NCBI GenBank assembly: GCA_034088785.1
Contig: JAXDVS010000128.1
Coordinates: 49,709 to 113,708, forward strand
Direction of reading: 5' to 3'
Length of the DNA stretch: 64,000 nucleotides
Origin: Treponema sp.
GTDB taxonomy: Bacteria; Spirochaetota; Spirochaetia; Treponematales; Treponemataceae
The translations under genes and the position numbers were made by a program. The notes below the pieces were generated by a model, which saw only the letters and a program-made list of their open reading frames with translations, was not told the origin of the DNA and ran no database searches. Below, piece after piece: positions 9,914 through 18,811 of the stretch; positions within the stretch are counted from its first letter, which is position 1; each line of letters starts with the position of its first letter.

Positions 9914-10821
9914 ATGAACGCATATTTCATCGGTGAAATTCTAAAGGAATACCGCACACGTTTTGAAATTTCGCAGGAAGAACTTTCTTTCGGGCTTTGC
10001 GCCGTTTCAACGCTTTCAAGAATTGAAAGCGGCACGCAAATTCCCGGAAGAAAGCTTGCCGAAGCCCTGTTCAGCAAAATGGGAATGAAAACGCCTTCAA
10101 GCGCGACTCCAATGAGCAGGCTCGATTTCAAGCGGGAAAATCTCGAACACAAAATAATTGACTCAATTGCAAACGGAAATTTTGACGTTTTTGCCACGCT
10201 TGAAGAATACAAGAGCTGCGGAAAAACTTTAGACCCGCTCGAAAAGCAGTTCTACATTTTCTACAAGGCGATTGCGCAGGACGCTCTTAATCACGACGCG
10301 AAAAAAGCGTTGAAAGAATATCTTGAAGCGATAAATTTAAGCATAAAAAATTTCAATCTGGACGACGTGCAAAAAATAAGATTTCTCACAAGAACAGAGC
10401 TTATGATTCTGAACAATATCTCGCGCGCGCTGTATTTTTCCGGAAAAAAAGACAAAGCGATTTCTCTAATGGAATTCTTACGGAATTATTATGAGTCAAG
10501 CCAAATGCCAGAGGAAGAAATGGCGAAAAACTATCCAGTGATTCTATTCAATCTTGAAAACTGGTACGGGCAAGCAGAGCAATATGAAAAAGTCTTAAAA
10601 TTAAGCGAAAAAGCCTTGATATTTGTATTCATTACGGAAAGCTAGATTTATTTCCTTATCATCTTTTCAACAAAGGCTACGCTTTAGCAGGAATAGGAAA
10701 AACAGAAGATTCAAAAATTTATTTTAATCAAGCACTTACAATATTCTTGGCAACAAAGAATCTAAAAGATTATGCGTTCGGAAAAGAAGAGATTTTTAAA
10801 AAATTTGGCATAAAAATTTAA
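9914..10821 (+). pseudogene. XRE-HTH + TPR transcriptional regulator (Rgg/PlcR/RRNPP-like), split by a 1-nt deletion near 10613-10618
   Basis: HTH ISQEELSFGLCAVSTLSRIESG. The frame stops at 10645, but the alternative frame continues DICIHYGKLDLFPYHLFNKGYALAGIGKTEDSKIYFNQALTIF... to the stop at 10819-10821. The restored product is about 302 aa. A sequencing error cannot be excluded. Confidence 0.8.
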
Positions 10822-10910
10822 AATTTTTTAGCGAAAAATGAAAATTTGCGTAAAACGCTATGGTGGTTCGCTCGCAACATCAATTATCCTATTTCGCATA
10901 GGAGTTTTAT

Positions 10911-11108
10911 ATGAAGAAACTTATTAAAGTTACATCAATGATAGTTGCCATAATGCTTGGCATATTATCATTTAACGGTTGTTCTCAAGATTTTGAGGAC
11001 AATTCACCTAGCGAAGCAACTGCAACTGAAAATTCAGAAGACGACTCACGTTGCTGTTTTTCAGGCAGAGGACAAGGCGGAAGACCACATTCATCTTTAA
11101 GCCGCTAA
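10911..11108 (+). CDS. Small lipoprotein precursor (65 aa): acidic spacer and cationic Cys-Cys C-terminal peptide
   Basis: RBS AGGAG, signal peptide with lipobox SFNG-C, then an acidic region ending EDDSR and a tail CCFSGRGQGGRPHSSLSR. Confidence 0.7.
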   Translation: MKKLIKVTSMIVAIMLGILSFNGCSQDFEDNSPSEATATENSEDDSRCCFSGRGQGGRPHSSLSR

Positions 11109-11161
11109 AACAAAAAAAATCATTCTAAACTAAAAAATACAAAAAAAAGAGATTTACATAT

Positions 11162-11881
11162 ATGAAAAAAATTCTTTCAAGCGTTATCGCTTCACTTATG
11201 CTTATGTCGTTTGTTCTTTCTGGCTGCTCGCAGCTTTCAGACGGCGAAACAAAAACATCTTCTTCAAGCACGGCGCAGTTCGGAAAATATTCTGAATTCG
11301 GGGCAAGCGTAAAATCTAGATTCGAGGAAAAATTCGGAGACGCAGAGGAGGCACGAAGCGCGCTTCTTTCTGAAACAAGCGTTGCAGAATCTGCTGAAAA
11401 TTCAGACGAGAATGTGGAATACTTAGACGAGGACGTTTCTGGCGCGGAATATCTTCTTGAAAACAACTACATTTCCGAAACAGCCGCGGCATACATCAAG
11501 AGAATCGAGTCCGCAATCGACAACGCAGGAAGCAAGGCAAGCTTCAACGAGGAAGTTTCGGCGATAGAAACCGAAGCGATGGAAAATCTTTCAGATTCAG
11601 ACCTTGACAGCGTTATGTATTACGCCGAAGCCTCAAAAGCAAGCGCGGACTACTGGGCAGAAGACGACGGCAAAGCGAGATTCAGCTTTAGAAAATTCCG
11701 CAAGGGAATCAAGAAAATAATGCTTTCATCTTCTTTAGGTACACTTGTTGGAGGATTAGTAGGCGGAGGAGTTTCAGGAGGCTCACCGATAGGAATTGCC
11801 ATGGGAGCTGTTAAAAGCTGCATTGCTTCTGCAAAAGAGGCTTATGACACTGGAAAAATCAGCGTAGTTGTAAAAATATAA
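11162..11881 (+). CDS. Lipoprotein with acidic pro-region and glycine-zipper, bacteriocin-like C-terminus
   Basis: Lipobox LSG-C, then an acidic helical body, then DDGKAR/FSFRKFRKGIKKIMLSSSLGTLVGGLVGGGVSGGSPIGIAMGAV. Confidence 0.75.
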   Translation: MKKILSSVIASLMLMSFVLSGCSQLSDGETKTSSSSTAQFGKYSEFGASVKSRFEEKFGDAEEARSALLSETSVAESAENSDENVEYLDEDVSGAEYLLENNYISETAAAYIKRIESAIDNAGSKASFNEEVSAIETEAMENLSDSDLDSVMYYAEASKASADYWAEDDGKARFSFRKFRKGIKKIMLSSSLGTLVGGLVGGGVSGGSPIGIAMGAVKSCIASAKEAYDTGKISVVVKI

Positions 11882-11949
11882 ACAACAAATAATTTGACCT
11901 CATTTTGTTTTAGCAAAATGAGGTTTTATATGCACGAAAGGAAGATTTT

Positions 11950-12471
11950 ATGAAAAAACTTATTTTATCGTTCTTATTCTTGATATCATTTTTTGCATTA
12001 AGCGCACAAGAAGTTAAAAACTCAGAAACAACGCAAATTGAAAATTCTAATGCAAACGAAATAACTTTTTCATTAGAAAATGAATCGAAAGACGCAGTTC
12101 CAAAAATCATAGTCAATAAGCCTTATATCTGGGGGCACTGGGACGACTGTTATAAATTGTCGGACAACACGGAGCTTTCAAACAAGGAGCTTGACGCTCT
12201 CTTAAAAGCAAATGCTGACCAGATTTTTGTAAAAAAGGCGAAAATATATAAAGGACTTTCTTATGCCTCAATTGCAGGAATTTTGGCTTCTCTTGCAGTA
12301 AATCTATACGCAGACGCAAAAGGCTGGGAAGATATGGAGGACAACAGCACATATGTTGGCGCACTGTGCCTTTTAACAGCGATTTCCTTTCAAGGCCTTT
12401 CAAACGTCAGCCGGCAGATTGCAGTTGACAGCTACAACTTGAATATTCTTGGGCTGGGGCAGAAGAAATAA
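11950..12471 (+). CDS. Exported protein with C-terminal hydrophobic helices (candidate immunity protein)
   Basis: Signal peptide MKKLILSFLFLISFFALSA and two hydrophobic segments near the C-terminus. It is the last gene of the AT-rich operon. Confidence 0.7.
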   Translation: MKKLILSFLFLISFFALSAQEVKNSETTQIENSNANEITFSLENESKDAVPKIIVNKPYIWGHWDDCYKLSDNTELSNKELDALLKANADQIFVKKAKIYKGLSYASIAGILASLAVNLYADAKGWEDMEDNSTYVGALCLLTAISFQGLSNVSRQIAVDSYNLNILGLGQKK

Positions 12472-12497
12472 AATTACAACAATGAACTGGATTTTAT

Positions 12498-12735
12498 GGA
12501 TTGCTTCGCACGGACTCTGTCCGTGGCTCGCAATGTCGGAAAATCTTTTTTCCGTAATGACGAAAATATTTATTCGCAATGACGAAAAGCTTTATTCGCA
12601 ACAGTGATTTTTTTACCGCCAATGGCAGGGAATTCTTTTATTCACAACGACGAAAATATTTATTCGTAACGGTGAAAGTTTTTTACTTCCACTGGCGGAA
12701 ACCTTTTACTTGCAATGACGAGCGTTTTTAGCCCA
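12498..12735. repeat. REP-like element followed by about 8 degenerate 22-23-bp tandem units (CGCAATGACGAAAATATTTATT)
   Basis: GATTGCTTCGC-ACGGACTCTGTCCGTG-GCTCGCAATG, then units starting at 12553, 12575, 12597, about 12619, 12643, 12665, 12688 and 12711. Confidence 0.8.
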
Positions 12736-12907
12736 GACAACGGGGAGTTTTTAGAAGCCACTAAAAAAATGCTGAAACCAAGTTCGGATAAAAACCGCGA
12801 TTTCAGAATTAAAAAATTTTTAAGTCCTAAAAAAAAGCTGGCTGAACAAGAAAAATTGTCCAGCCAGCTTTTTTCATTTTCTTTTCTATATCCTTATAAA
12901 ATCAAAA

Positions 12908-14995
12908 CTAAACTCTAAACATCAGGTCGGCGTAGTTCGGGAACGGCTTGAATTTTTCTCCAAGCAACGGCTCGATTTTGTCCGCAACCGCGCGTGTCGC
13001 TTCCATCTGCGGAATCACCTTGTCGGCGTAGTCGCGCGCCTGCTTTGCAACGTCTTTCTCGTTCTCAGCCGCATTGTGAATGTTCTCGAGCTTTTCTGTC
13101 TCAAAATTCAGCTTATCGGCAAGAGAAGTCATTTTTTCAAGAAGCGTTGTCTGGGCGGCGCATCTCGCGTTCGCAACGAGATTTCTCACCTTCGCCGCGC
13201 TGTCGGCAACCGCGTCCATATAAGCGTAGCTCGCCGGAAGAATGTCCTTGTAAATCATATCAATCATTGTCTTGACTTCAATGTTCAAGGTCTTCGAGTA
13301 TTTTTCGAGCTTGATTTCATGGTGGCTTCTCATCTCGGACTCTGTGTAGATTCCGTATTTTGAGAACATCTCAACATTCTTTCTGTCAAGATAATGCTCC
13401 ATCGCGTCCGGCAAAGTCTTTAGATTCATAAGACCGCGCTTTTCAGCCTCTTTCACCCAGTCGTCGGAATATCCGTTTCCGTTGAAGATGATTTTCTTGT
13501 GATTTTTAATCGTCTCTTTTACAAGTTTCTGCAAGTCGGAGATAAAATCATCAGAATTTTCAAGTTTCGACGCGAACTCGTCCAAAGTTTCGGCGACAAT
13601 CGTGTTCAAGACAACGTTCGGGCCTGAAATTGAAAGGGAAGAGCCAAGCGAGCGGAATTCAAACTTGTTTCCGGTAAACGCGAACGGAGAAGTCCTGTTT
13701 CTGTCGGTCGTGTCTTTCGGAATTGAAGGCAGAACAGAAACACCGATTTTCATTCTCTCTTTTGACTTCTGCGAGTAAGGAGTTCCATTTTCAATCGAGT
13801 CGAGAACCGCCTGAAGCTCGTCGCCGATAAACATCGAGATAATCGCAGGCGGCGCCTCGTTCGCGCCAAGACGGTGGTCGTTTCCAGCAGAGGCAACCGA
13901 GTCGCGGAGCAAATCCTGATGCTTGTCCACAGCCTGAATCACCGCCATCAAGAACAAGATAAACTGCGCATTGTCGCGCGGAGTCTCGCCCGGCTCAAGG
14001 AGATTCTGGCCGTCGTCAGTCCCCATAGACCAGTTGTTGTGCTTTCCAGAGCCGTTCACGCCAGCGAAAGGCTTTTCCGCAAGAAGGCAGTAAAGGCCGT
14101 GCCTGTCCGCGACTTTTTTCATCATCTGCATTGTAAGCTGGTTCTGATCCGCGCTCAGGTTTGTCGTCGTGAAAATCGGAGCCATCTCGTGCTGGGCTGG
14201 AGCAACCTCGTTGTGCTTTGTCTTGCTCAAAATTCCAAGTTTCCAAAGCTCCGTGTCCAAGTCCGCCATAAATTCAGCGACGCGAGGCTTTATCTGTCCG
14301 TAGTAATGGTCGTCCATCTCCTGGCCTTTCGGCGGCATTGCCCCGAAAAGAGTTCTTCCGCAGAAAATCAAATCCTTGCGCTGTTTCCAAAGATTCTTGT
14401 CGATTAAAAAATATTCCTGCTCAGGACCGACAGTCGTAACAACGCGCTTTGCAGCAGTGTTTCCAAAAAGGCGCAAGATTCTAAGAGCCTGCTTGTTCAA
14501 CGCTTCCATTGAGCGCAAAAGCGGGGTTTTCTTGTCCAAAGACTCGCCGGTATAAGAACAAAACGCAGTCGGAATGTAGAGAGAGCCGTCTTTTATGAAC
14601 GCGTAGGAAGTCGGATCCCATGCCGTGTAGCCTCGCGCCTCGAAAGTTGCGCGGAGACCGCCGGAAGGAAAAGAAGAGCCGTCAACCTCGCCTTTCACAA
14701 GCTCCTTTCCGCTGAATTCCATAATCACGCCAGAGTCTCCGAACGGCTGGATAAAGCTGTCGTGCTTTTCGGCTGTAAGACCGTTCAGCGGCTGAAACCA
14801 GTGCGTAAAATGAGTCGCTCCTTTTTCGGTCGCCCAGTCTTTCATCGTGTTTGCAACGACATTCGCCACGTCAAGCTCCAGCGGAGTCCCTTCCTTTATC
14901 GTCTTTTTGAGAGACTTGTAGACATCTTTCGGCAGACGGGCGCGCATAACGTCATCATTAAAAACCATGCTTCCAAAAATTTCTGGAACGTTCAT
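12908..14995 (-). CDS. glnA: Glutamine synthetase type III
   Basis: 695 aa with motifs [64 protein letters not shown] and [18 protein letters not shown]. Confidence 0.96.
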   Translation of the reverse strand: MNVPEIFGSMVFNDDVMRARLPKDVYKSLKKTIKEGTPLELDVANVVANTMKDWATEKGATHFTHWFQPLNGLTAEKHDSFIQPFGDSGVIMEFSGKELVKGEVDGSSFPSGGLRATFEARGYTAWDPTSYAFIKDGSLYIPTAFCSYTGESLDKKTPLLRSMEALNKQALRILRLFGNTAAKRVVTTVGPEQEYFLIDKNLWKQRKDLIFCGRTLFGAMPPKGQEMDDHYYGQIKPRVAEFMADLDTELWKLGILSKTKHNEVAPAQHEMAPIFTTTNLSADQNQLTMQMMKKVADRHGLYCLLAEKPFAGVNGSGKHNNWSMGTDDGQNLLEPGETPRDNAQFILFLMAVIQAVDKHQDLLRDSVASAGNDHRLGANEAPPAIISMFIGDELQAVLDSIENGTPYSQKSKERMKIGVSVLPSIPKDTTDRNRTSPFAFTGNKFEFRSLGSSLSISGPNVVLNTIVAETLDEFASKLENSDDFISDLQKLVKETIKNHKKIIFNGNGYSDDWVKEAEKRGLMNLKTLPDAMEHYLDRKNVEMFSKYGIYTESEMRSHHEIKLEKYSKTLNIEVKTMIDMIYKDILPASYAYMDAVADSAAKVRNLVANARCAAQTTLLEKMTSLADKLNFETEKLENIHNAAENEKDVAKQARDYADKVIPQMEATRAVADKIEPLLGEKFKPFPNYADLMFRV

Positions 14996-15464
14996 AAAAT
15001 CTCCTTATAAAACTCCGCACTAGCGGCGAACCACGGATGGCGAGAATCACAGCTTGTAAAAGCAACGCTTGAGCAAACTGCAATGATAAAAATTACACGG
15101 AAGCAATTTTTATCATGCCTCCCTGATTTATTTTGTGCTGTCAAAAAAGCCTCGCCACTCTGAAAGCGAACATAAAAATGTCCGCGTTCGGAATGACAAT
15201 AATTTTTCAACTTCATAGGCAGCCGCATTTTTTTCATACTTTCGGTTCTTGTTTTTTTTCAGATAAAACTAAAGTTACCAAGAAAAACAAGAAACGCCCT
15301 GCAACTCCTTTAAGCGGAAGCAAAGGCTTCAATTTTTTTCAAAGCCAGCCGTGTAAAATCTTGAAATAAACTCAGCATGGCCGCATTTTCCAGCAAGCCA
15401 TAATTAGCGCGGCTATCGCAGAACGCCCTGTTCTATTCTTCTCGTTCTATCTTTTTTTGATTTC

Positions 15465-16766
15465 TTACTTTGCCTTGTGCCGCTTATCAAGCTCGTCGTA
15501 AACGTCTTTCCACGCGACACCTTCTTTGTACATCAGAACGCTTACAAAATAAAGCAAGTCCGCGGCTTCCCAGATTACGTCCTCTTTTGTCTCGGCCTCG
15601 TCTGTAAGCTCCTCGGCTTCCTCCATAATCTTCTCGCGCACGCGCTTTGAGTCGAGAGTCGCGGTGTAGCTTCCAGGCTTCGGATTCGCGAATCTTTCAG
15701 CGATTGTCGAGTAAAGCCGCTCTAGACTTGATTTCGGGTCAGGGTCGGAAGAAAAGCAAGTGTAAGAGCCAGTGTGGCAAACTCCGCCGTTCGGAAGAAC
15801 TGTCGCAAGAACAGTGTCGCGGTCGCAGTCAGCGCGCATTTTTACAAGCTCCAAGAAATGGCCGCTTGTCTCGCCTTTTGTCCAAAGCTTGTTCCGAGTT
15901 CTGCTGAAGAAAGTGAGCTTTCCAGTCTCGAAAGTTTTCTCAAAAGCCTCTCTGTTCGAATATCCGAGCATCAAAACCTCGCCCGAAGGAGACTGCGCGA
16001 TGACAGGAATCATTCCGTTTGTCTTCTCAAAATCAAGGCAGCCGATAAAAGCGTCTTTAAGCGAGACCGCGCCAGTATAAAGAGCCATTCCAAGCTGAAC
16101 GTCGCAGCCGATTTTTTCAAGCTCTGCAATCTGCTCAACTGAATTGACGCCGCCGGCAACAACAACGCGGCATTTCACAGCGCCGCGTAAAGCCTTGCAC
16201 GCTTCCATGTCAGTTCCCTGCATGCAGCCTTCTTTTTCAACGCAGGTGAACAAAAGCTCCGACGCGTATTTTTCAGCCTGCTTCGCGCCTTCAATCAGCG
16301 GAATGTCAACAGTCTCAGTCCAGCCTTTCACCGCGATTTTTCCGTTGATTGCGTCAACAGAAATAATCACGCGCTGCTTTCCAATCGCCTTGCAAAGCTC
16401 TTCCAAAAATTCTTCGTTCAGGACAGACTCGCCGTCTTTAGGATTCGGATTCCAAGCAGCCGAGCCGACGATGACTTTCTCAGCTCCAAGCGAAATAAGC
16501 TCACGCGCCTTTTTCACATCGCGGATTCCGCCGCCCACACGCACATTTCCGCGCCTGAGCAAATGCTTCAAAAGCTCCGTGTTCTTTGTGTTGCCTTTCT
16601 CATCAGTGTTGCGAAGCGCCTGATCCAAGTCGATAATCGCAACCTCGCCGTATTTATTAAAATCAGAAATCAAATTATCCGCATCGTCACGCTGGAGCAT
16701 CAAATCCTTGCCGTTTTTCAGCTGCACAACGTGTCCGTCTTTCATATCAATAGAAGAAATTACCAT
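15465..16766 (-). CDS. hisA/hisIE: Trifunctional histidine biosynthesis fusion HisA-HisI-HisE
   Basis: N-terminal HisA barrel (SSIDMKDG, VGGGIR, SVDA, AGGV, GMALY). It is followed by HisI (FFSRTRNKLWTKGETSGH, DCDRD, CHTG..TCF) and HisE (KIMEEAEE, WEAADLLY). Start placed at ATG 16766. Confidence 0.9.
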   Translation of the reverse strand: MVISSIDMKDGHVVQLKNGKDLMLQRDDADNLISDFNKYGEVAIIDLDQALRNTDEKGNTKNTELLKHLLRRGNVRVGGGIRDVKKARELISLGAEKVIVGSAAWNPNPKDGESVLNEEFLEELCKAIGKQRVIISVDAINGKIAVKGWTETVDIPLIEGAKQAEKYASELLFTCVEKEGCMQGTDMEACKALRGAVKCRVVVAGGVNSVEQIAELEKIGCDVQLGMALYTGAVSLKDAFIGCLDFEKTNGMIPVIAQSPSGEVLMLGYSNREAFEKTFETGKLTFFSRTRNKLWTKGETSGHFLELVKMRADCDRDTVLATVLPNGGVCHTGSYTCFSSDPDPKSSLERLYSTIAERFANPKPGSYTATLDSKRVREKIMEEAEELTDEAETKEDVIWEAADLLYFVSVLMYKEGVAWKDVYDELDKRHKAK

Positions 16767-16919
16767 AGCTGAAAGTATAATGAATTTCTCATTTAAGGAA
16801 AATAGCAGCGTTTCACGCTCCAAAATTCAAGCCGACACGGACGTACTCGCTTTGATTCAGGGGCTTTTTTTAATACACGAACTTTTTCTCGAGCAGCCAA
16901 TGATTTTATAAATGCGCCA

Positions 16920-17165
16920 AAGTCCTCAAAAACAAGCCCCGCTATCCGCGGCTCCGCTCTCGCTCCGTTGCTCCGCAACGGCTTCGCCGCCGCTACTATC
17001 GGGCGTAGCACTTTCTTCAGCGCACGTGCTTTTCCTGAAACAAGGCGGCACGGATGCCGCCTTAAAGCAATTTCATCACCGCGAGTTTTCGCCAGAAAAC
17101 TTGTCAGCGACAGGATGTCGCAAGTTCTCGTAGGACGGAAAATTACATGGAGGTAATTTTTCTTT
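16920..17165. repeat. Multi-hairpin intergenic module with A(N)GGA(T/G) loops
   Basis: Hairpins GGCGGC-ACGGAT-GCCGCC, GAGTTTTC-GCCA-GAAAACT, GCGAC-AGGAT-GTCGC and GAAAATTAC-ATGGAG-GTAATTTTC. The same architecture recurs at 44358-44532 and 46323-46402. Confidence 0.75.
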
Positions 17166-17255
17166 CTCATATTTTAAACATTTTTCACGCAAATTTATAA
17201 TTACATATCGAAAATCTCGGGCTTAAAATCTTTGTATTGGAGGAAAATTCTGAAT

Positions 17256-18443
17256 ATGAAAAAGAATCTTAAAAAATCGCTTGTTGCTCTCGCGCTTGCA
17301 GGACTTGCGTTCTCGTCTTTCGCGCAAAGCACTGACTATGTAAAGCAGGAAATCAACGCGAACGACCGCTGCGTTCCGACTTTCTACGAGGCTCTCAAAG
17401 AGCGGATGACGTTTCCGCTCGGCTTCAAGGACAATTCCGACCCTAAAAAATGGAAGGCGGCAGGTCTCGCAAAGGCAAAAGAGCTTATCATCATGCACGA
17501 GGACACAAAGCCTTTCGACCCGGTTGTAATCGCCGAGGAAAAACGAGACGGCTACACGGCGCAGAAAGTCGTCTTCAACATCAGCGACACAACGCGAACA
17601 ATGGCTCTCGTCCTTATTCCGGACTCAACAAAAAAGAACCAGAAATTCCCGGCGGCACTTATGCTCCATGACCACGGCTCAAAATTTTCAATTGGAAAAG
17701 AAAAAATGGTAAAGCCTTTCGAGTCAGACCCGGCGGACGAGCAAAAGCTTAATCAGGCGGTCGCCTGGTCTTCAAGATATTTTGAGGACACTTTTCCGGG
17801 CGACGAGCTTGCAAAACGCGGCTACATCGTGCTCAGCTTCGACGCTCTCGGCTGGGGCGACCGCTCTGTCGAAGGCTTCAAGACAGCATCCCAGCAGTCG
17901 CTTGCGTCAAACCTTTTCAACATGGGAACGAGCTTCGCCGGAATCATCGCGCAGGAAGACATCCGAGCGGCGAAATTTCTCGCATCATTCCCGAACGTAG
18001 ACAAAAAGAGAATCGCCTGCGTCGGATTCAGCATGGGAGGCTTCCGCTCATGGCAGCTCGCGGCTTTGAGCGACGACATCACAGCCGGAATTTCAGTCTG
18101 CTGGATGGGAACAATGGTGAACCACATGCAGATTGGAGACGGCCAGCTTAAAGGAAACAGCGCATTCAGCATGCTTCATCCTCTTATCGCGCGCTATCTT
18201 GACTATCCTGACGTTGCAGGACTTGCGGCTCCAAAGCCAATGATGTTCATCGGCGGCACGGCGGACCCAGTAAATCCTGTCGCAGGAACAGAGGAAGCAT
18301 ACGCGAAAATGCAGAAAATCTGGAAAGCGAACAAGGCGGAAAAGAATCTAGAGACAGTTCTCGTGCAGGACGGAGAGCACACATTCCTTCCGTCAGAGCA
18401 GAAGCTTGCATACGACTGGCTTGACAAAGTCTTCAAGAAATAA
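17256..18443 (+). CDS. Secreted alpha/beta hydrolase (dienelactone hydrolase/esterase-like)
   Basis: Signal peptide, LMLHDHGS, nucleophile elbow GFSMGG, then DPV and GEH as catalytic Asp/His candidates. RBS GGAGG precedes ATG 17256. Confidence 0.85.
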   Translation: MKKNLKKSLVALALAGLAFSSFAQSTDYVKQEINANDRCVPTFYEALKERMTFPLGFKDNSDPKKWKAAGLAKAKELIIMHEDTKPFDPVVIAEEKRDGYTAQKVVFNISDTTRTMALVLIPDSTKKNQKFPAALMLHDHGSKFSIGKEKMVKPFESDPADEQKLNQAVAWSSRYFEDTFPGDELAKRGYIVLSFDALGWGDRSVEGFKTASQQSLASNLFNMGTSFAGIIAQEDIRAAKFLASFPNVDKKRIACVGFSMGGFRSWQLAALSDDITAGISVCWMGTMVNHMQIGDGQLKGNSAFSMLHPLIARYLDYPDVAGLAAPKPMMFIGGTADPVNPVAGTEEAYAKMQKIWKANKAEKNLETVLVQDGEHTFLPSEQKLAYDWLDKVFKK

Positions 18444-18452
18444 AATCGCTTT

Positions 18453-18479
18453 AAGGCGGCTTTTTACGCCGCCTTTTTT
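18453..18479 (+). terminator. Intrinsic terminator
   Basis: AAGGCGGC-TTTTTAC-GCCGCC-TTTTTT directly after the stop codon. Confidence 0.8.
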
Positions 18480-18514
18480 ATCGCCAAACTGAATTTATTC
18501 CAGCATTTCATTTG

Positions 18515-18597
18515 CAGATTCCGAATCAAAGCGAGCATTAAAATGCTCGAGTTTGGAATGACAGCCTCACGTCATGCTGAATTTATTTCAGCATCTG
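18515..18597. repeat. REP-like palindrome pair
   Basis: GATTCCGAATCAAAGCGAGCATTAAAATGCTCGAGTTTGGAATGAC with a nested hairpin, plus GTCATGCTGAATTTATTTCAGCATCT. Confidence 0.8.
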
Positions 18598-18811
18598 CTT
18601 ATGGCAAGAGTTTCTTAACTTTTACAACAATCTTCTTATTATCAGAAAATTTAAAAAAAACGTATGCTTTTTATTTTTGCGAGAAAGTATACTAGATTTC
18701 ACAGAAAATTGATGATTTTCTGTATCACAATTATTTATAAATTGTTCTAGCATTTAAGAACGTTGGCGGCTACGGCAAAAGCCAGGCGGCCAAATTTGGA
18801 GGATTAAAAAA

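Noticed and set aside
8983-10212. 409-aa minus-strand ORF
   Set aside because: It is an antisense shadow of purD and the regulator, with no recognisable motifs.
16793-17170. ORFs of 62-125 aa in the hisA-hydrolase intergenic region (also 44100-44461, 983-1189, 12715-12918)
   Set aside because: They translate palindromic repeat DNA, have no RBS or motifs, and are open by chance.
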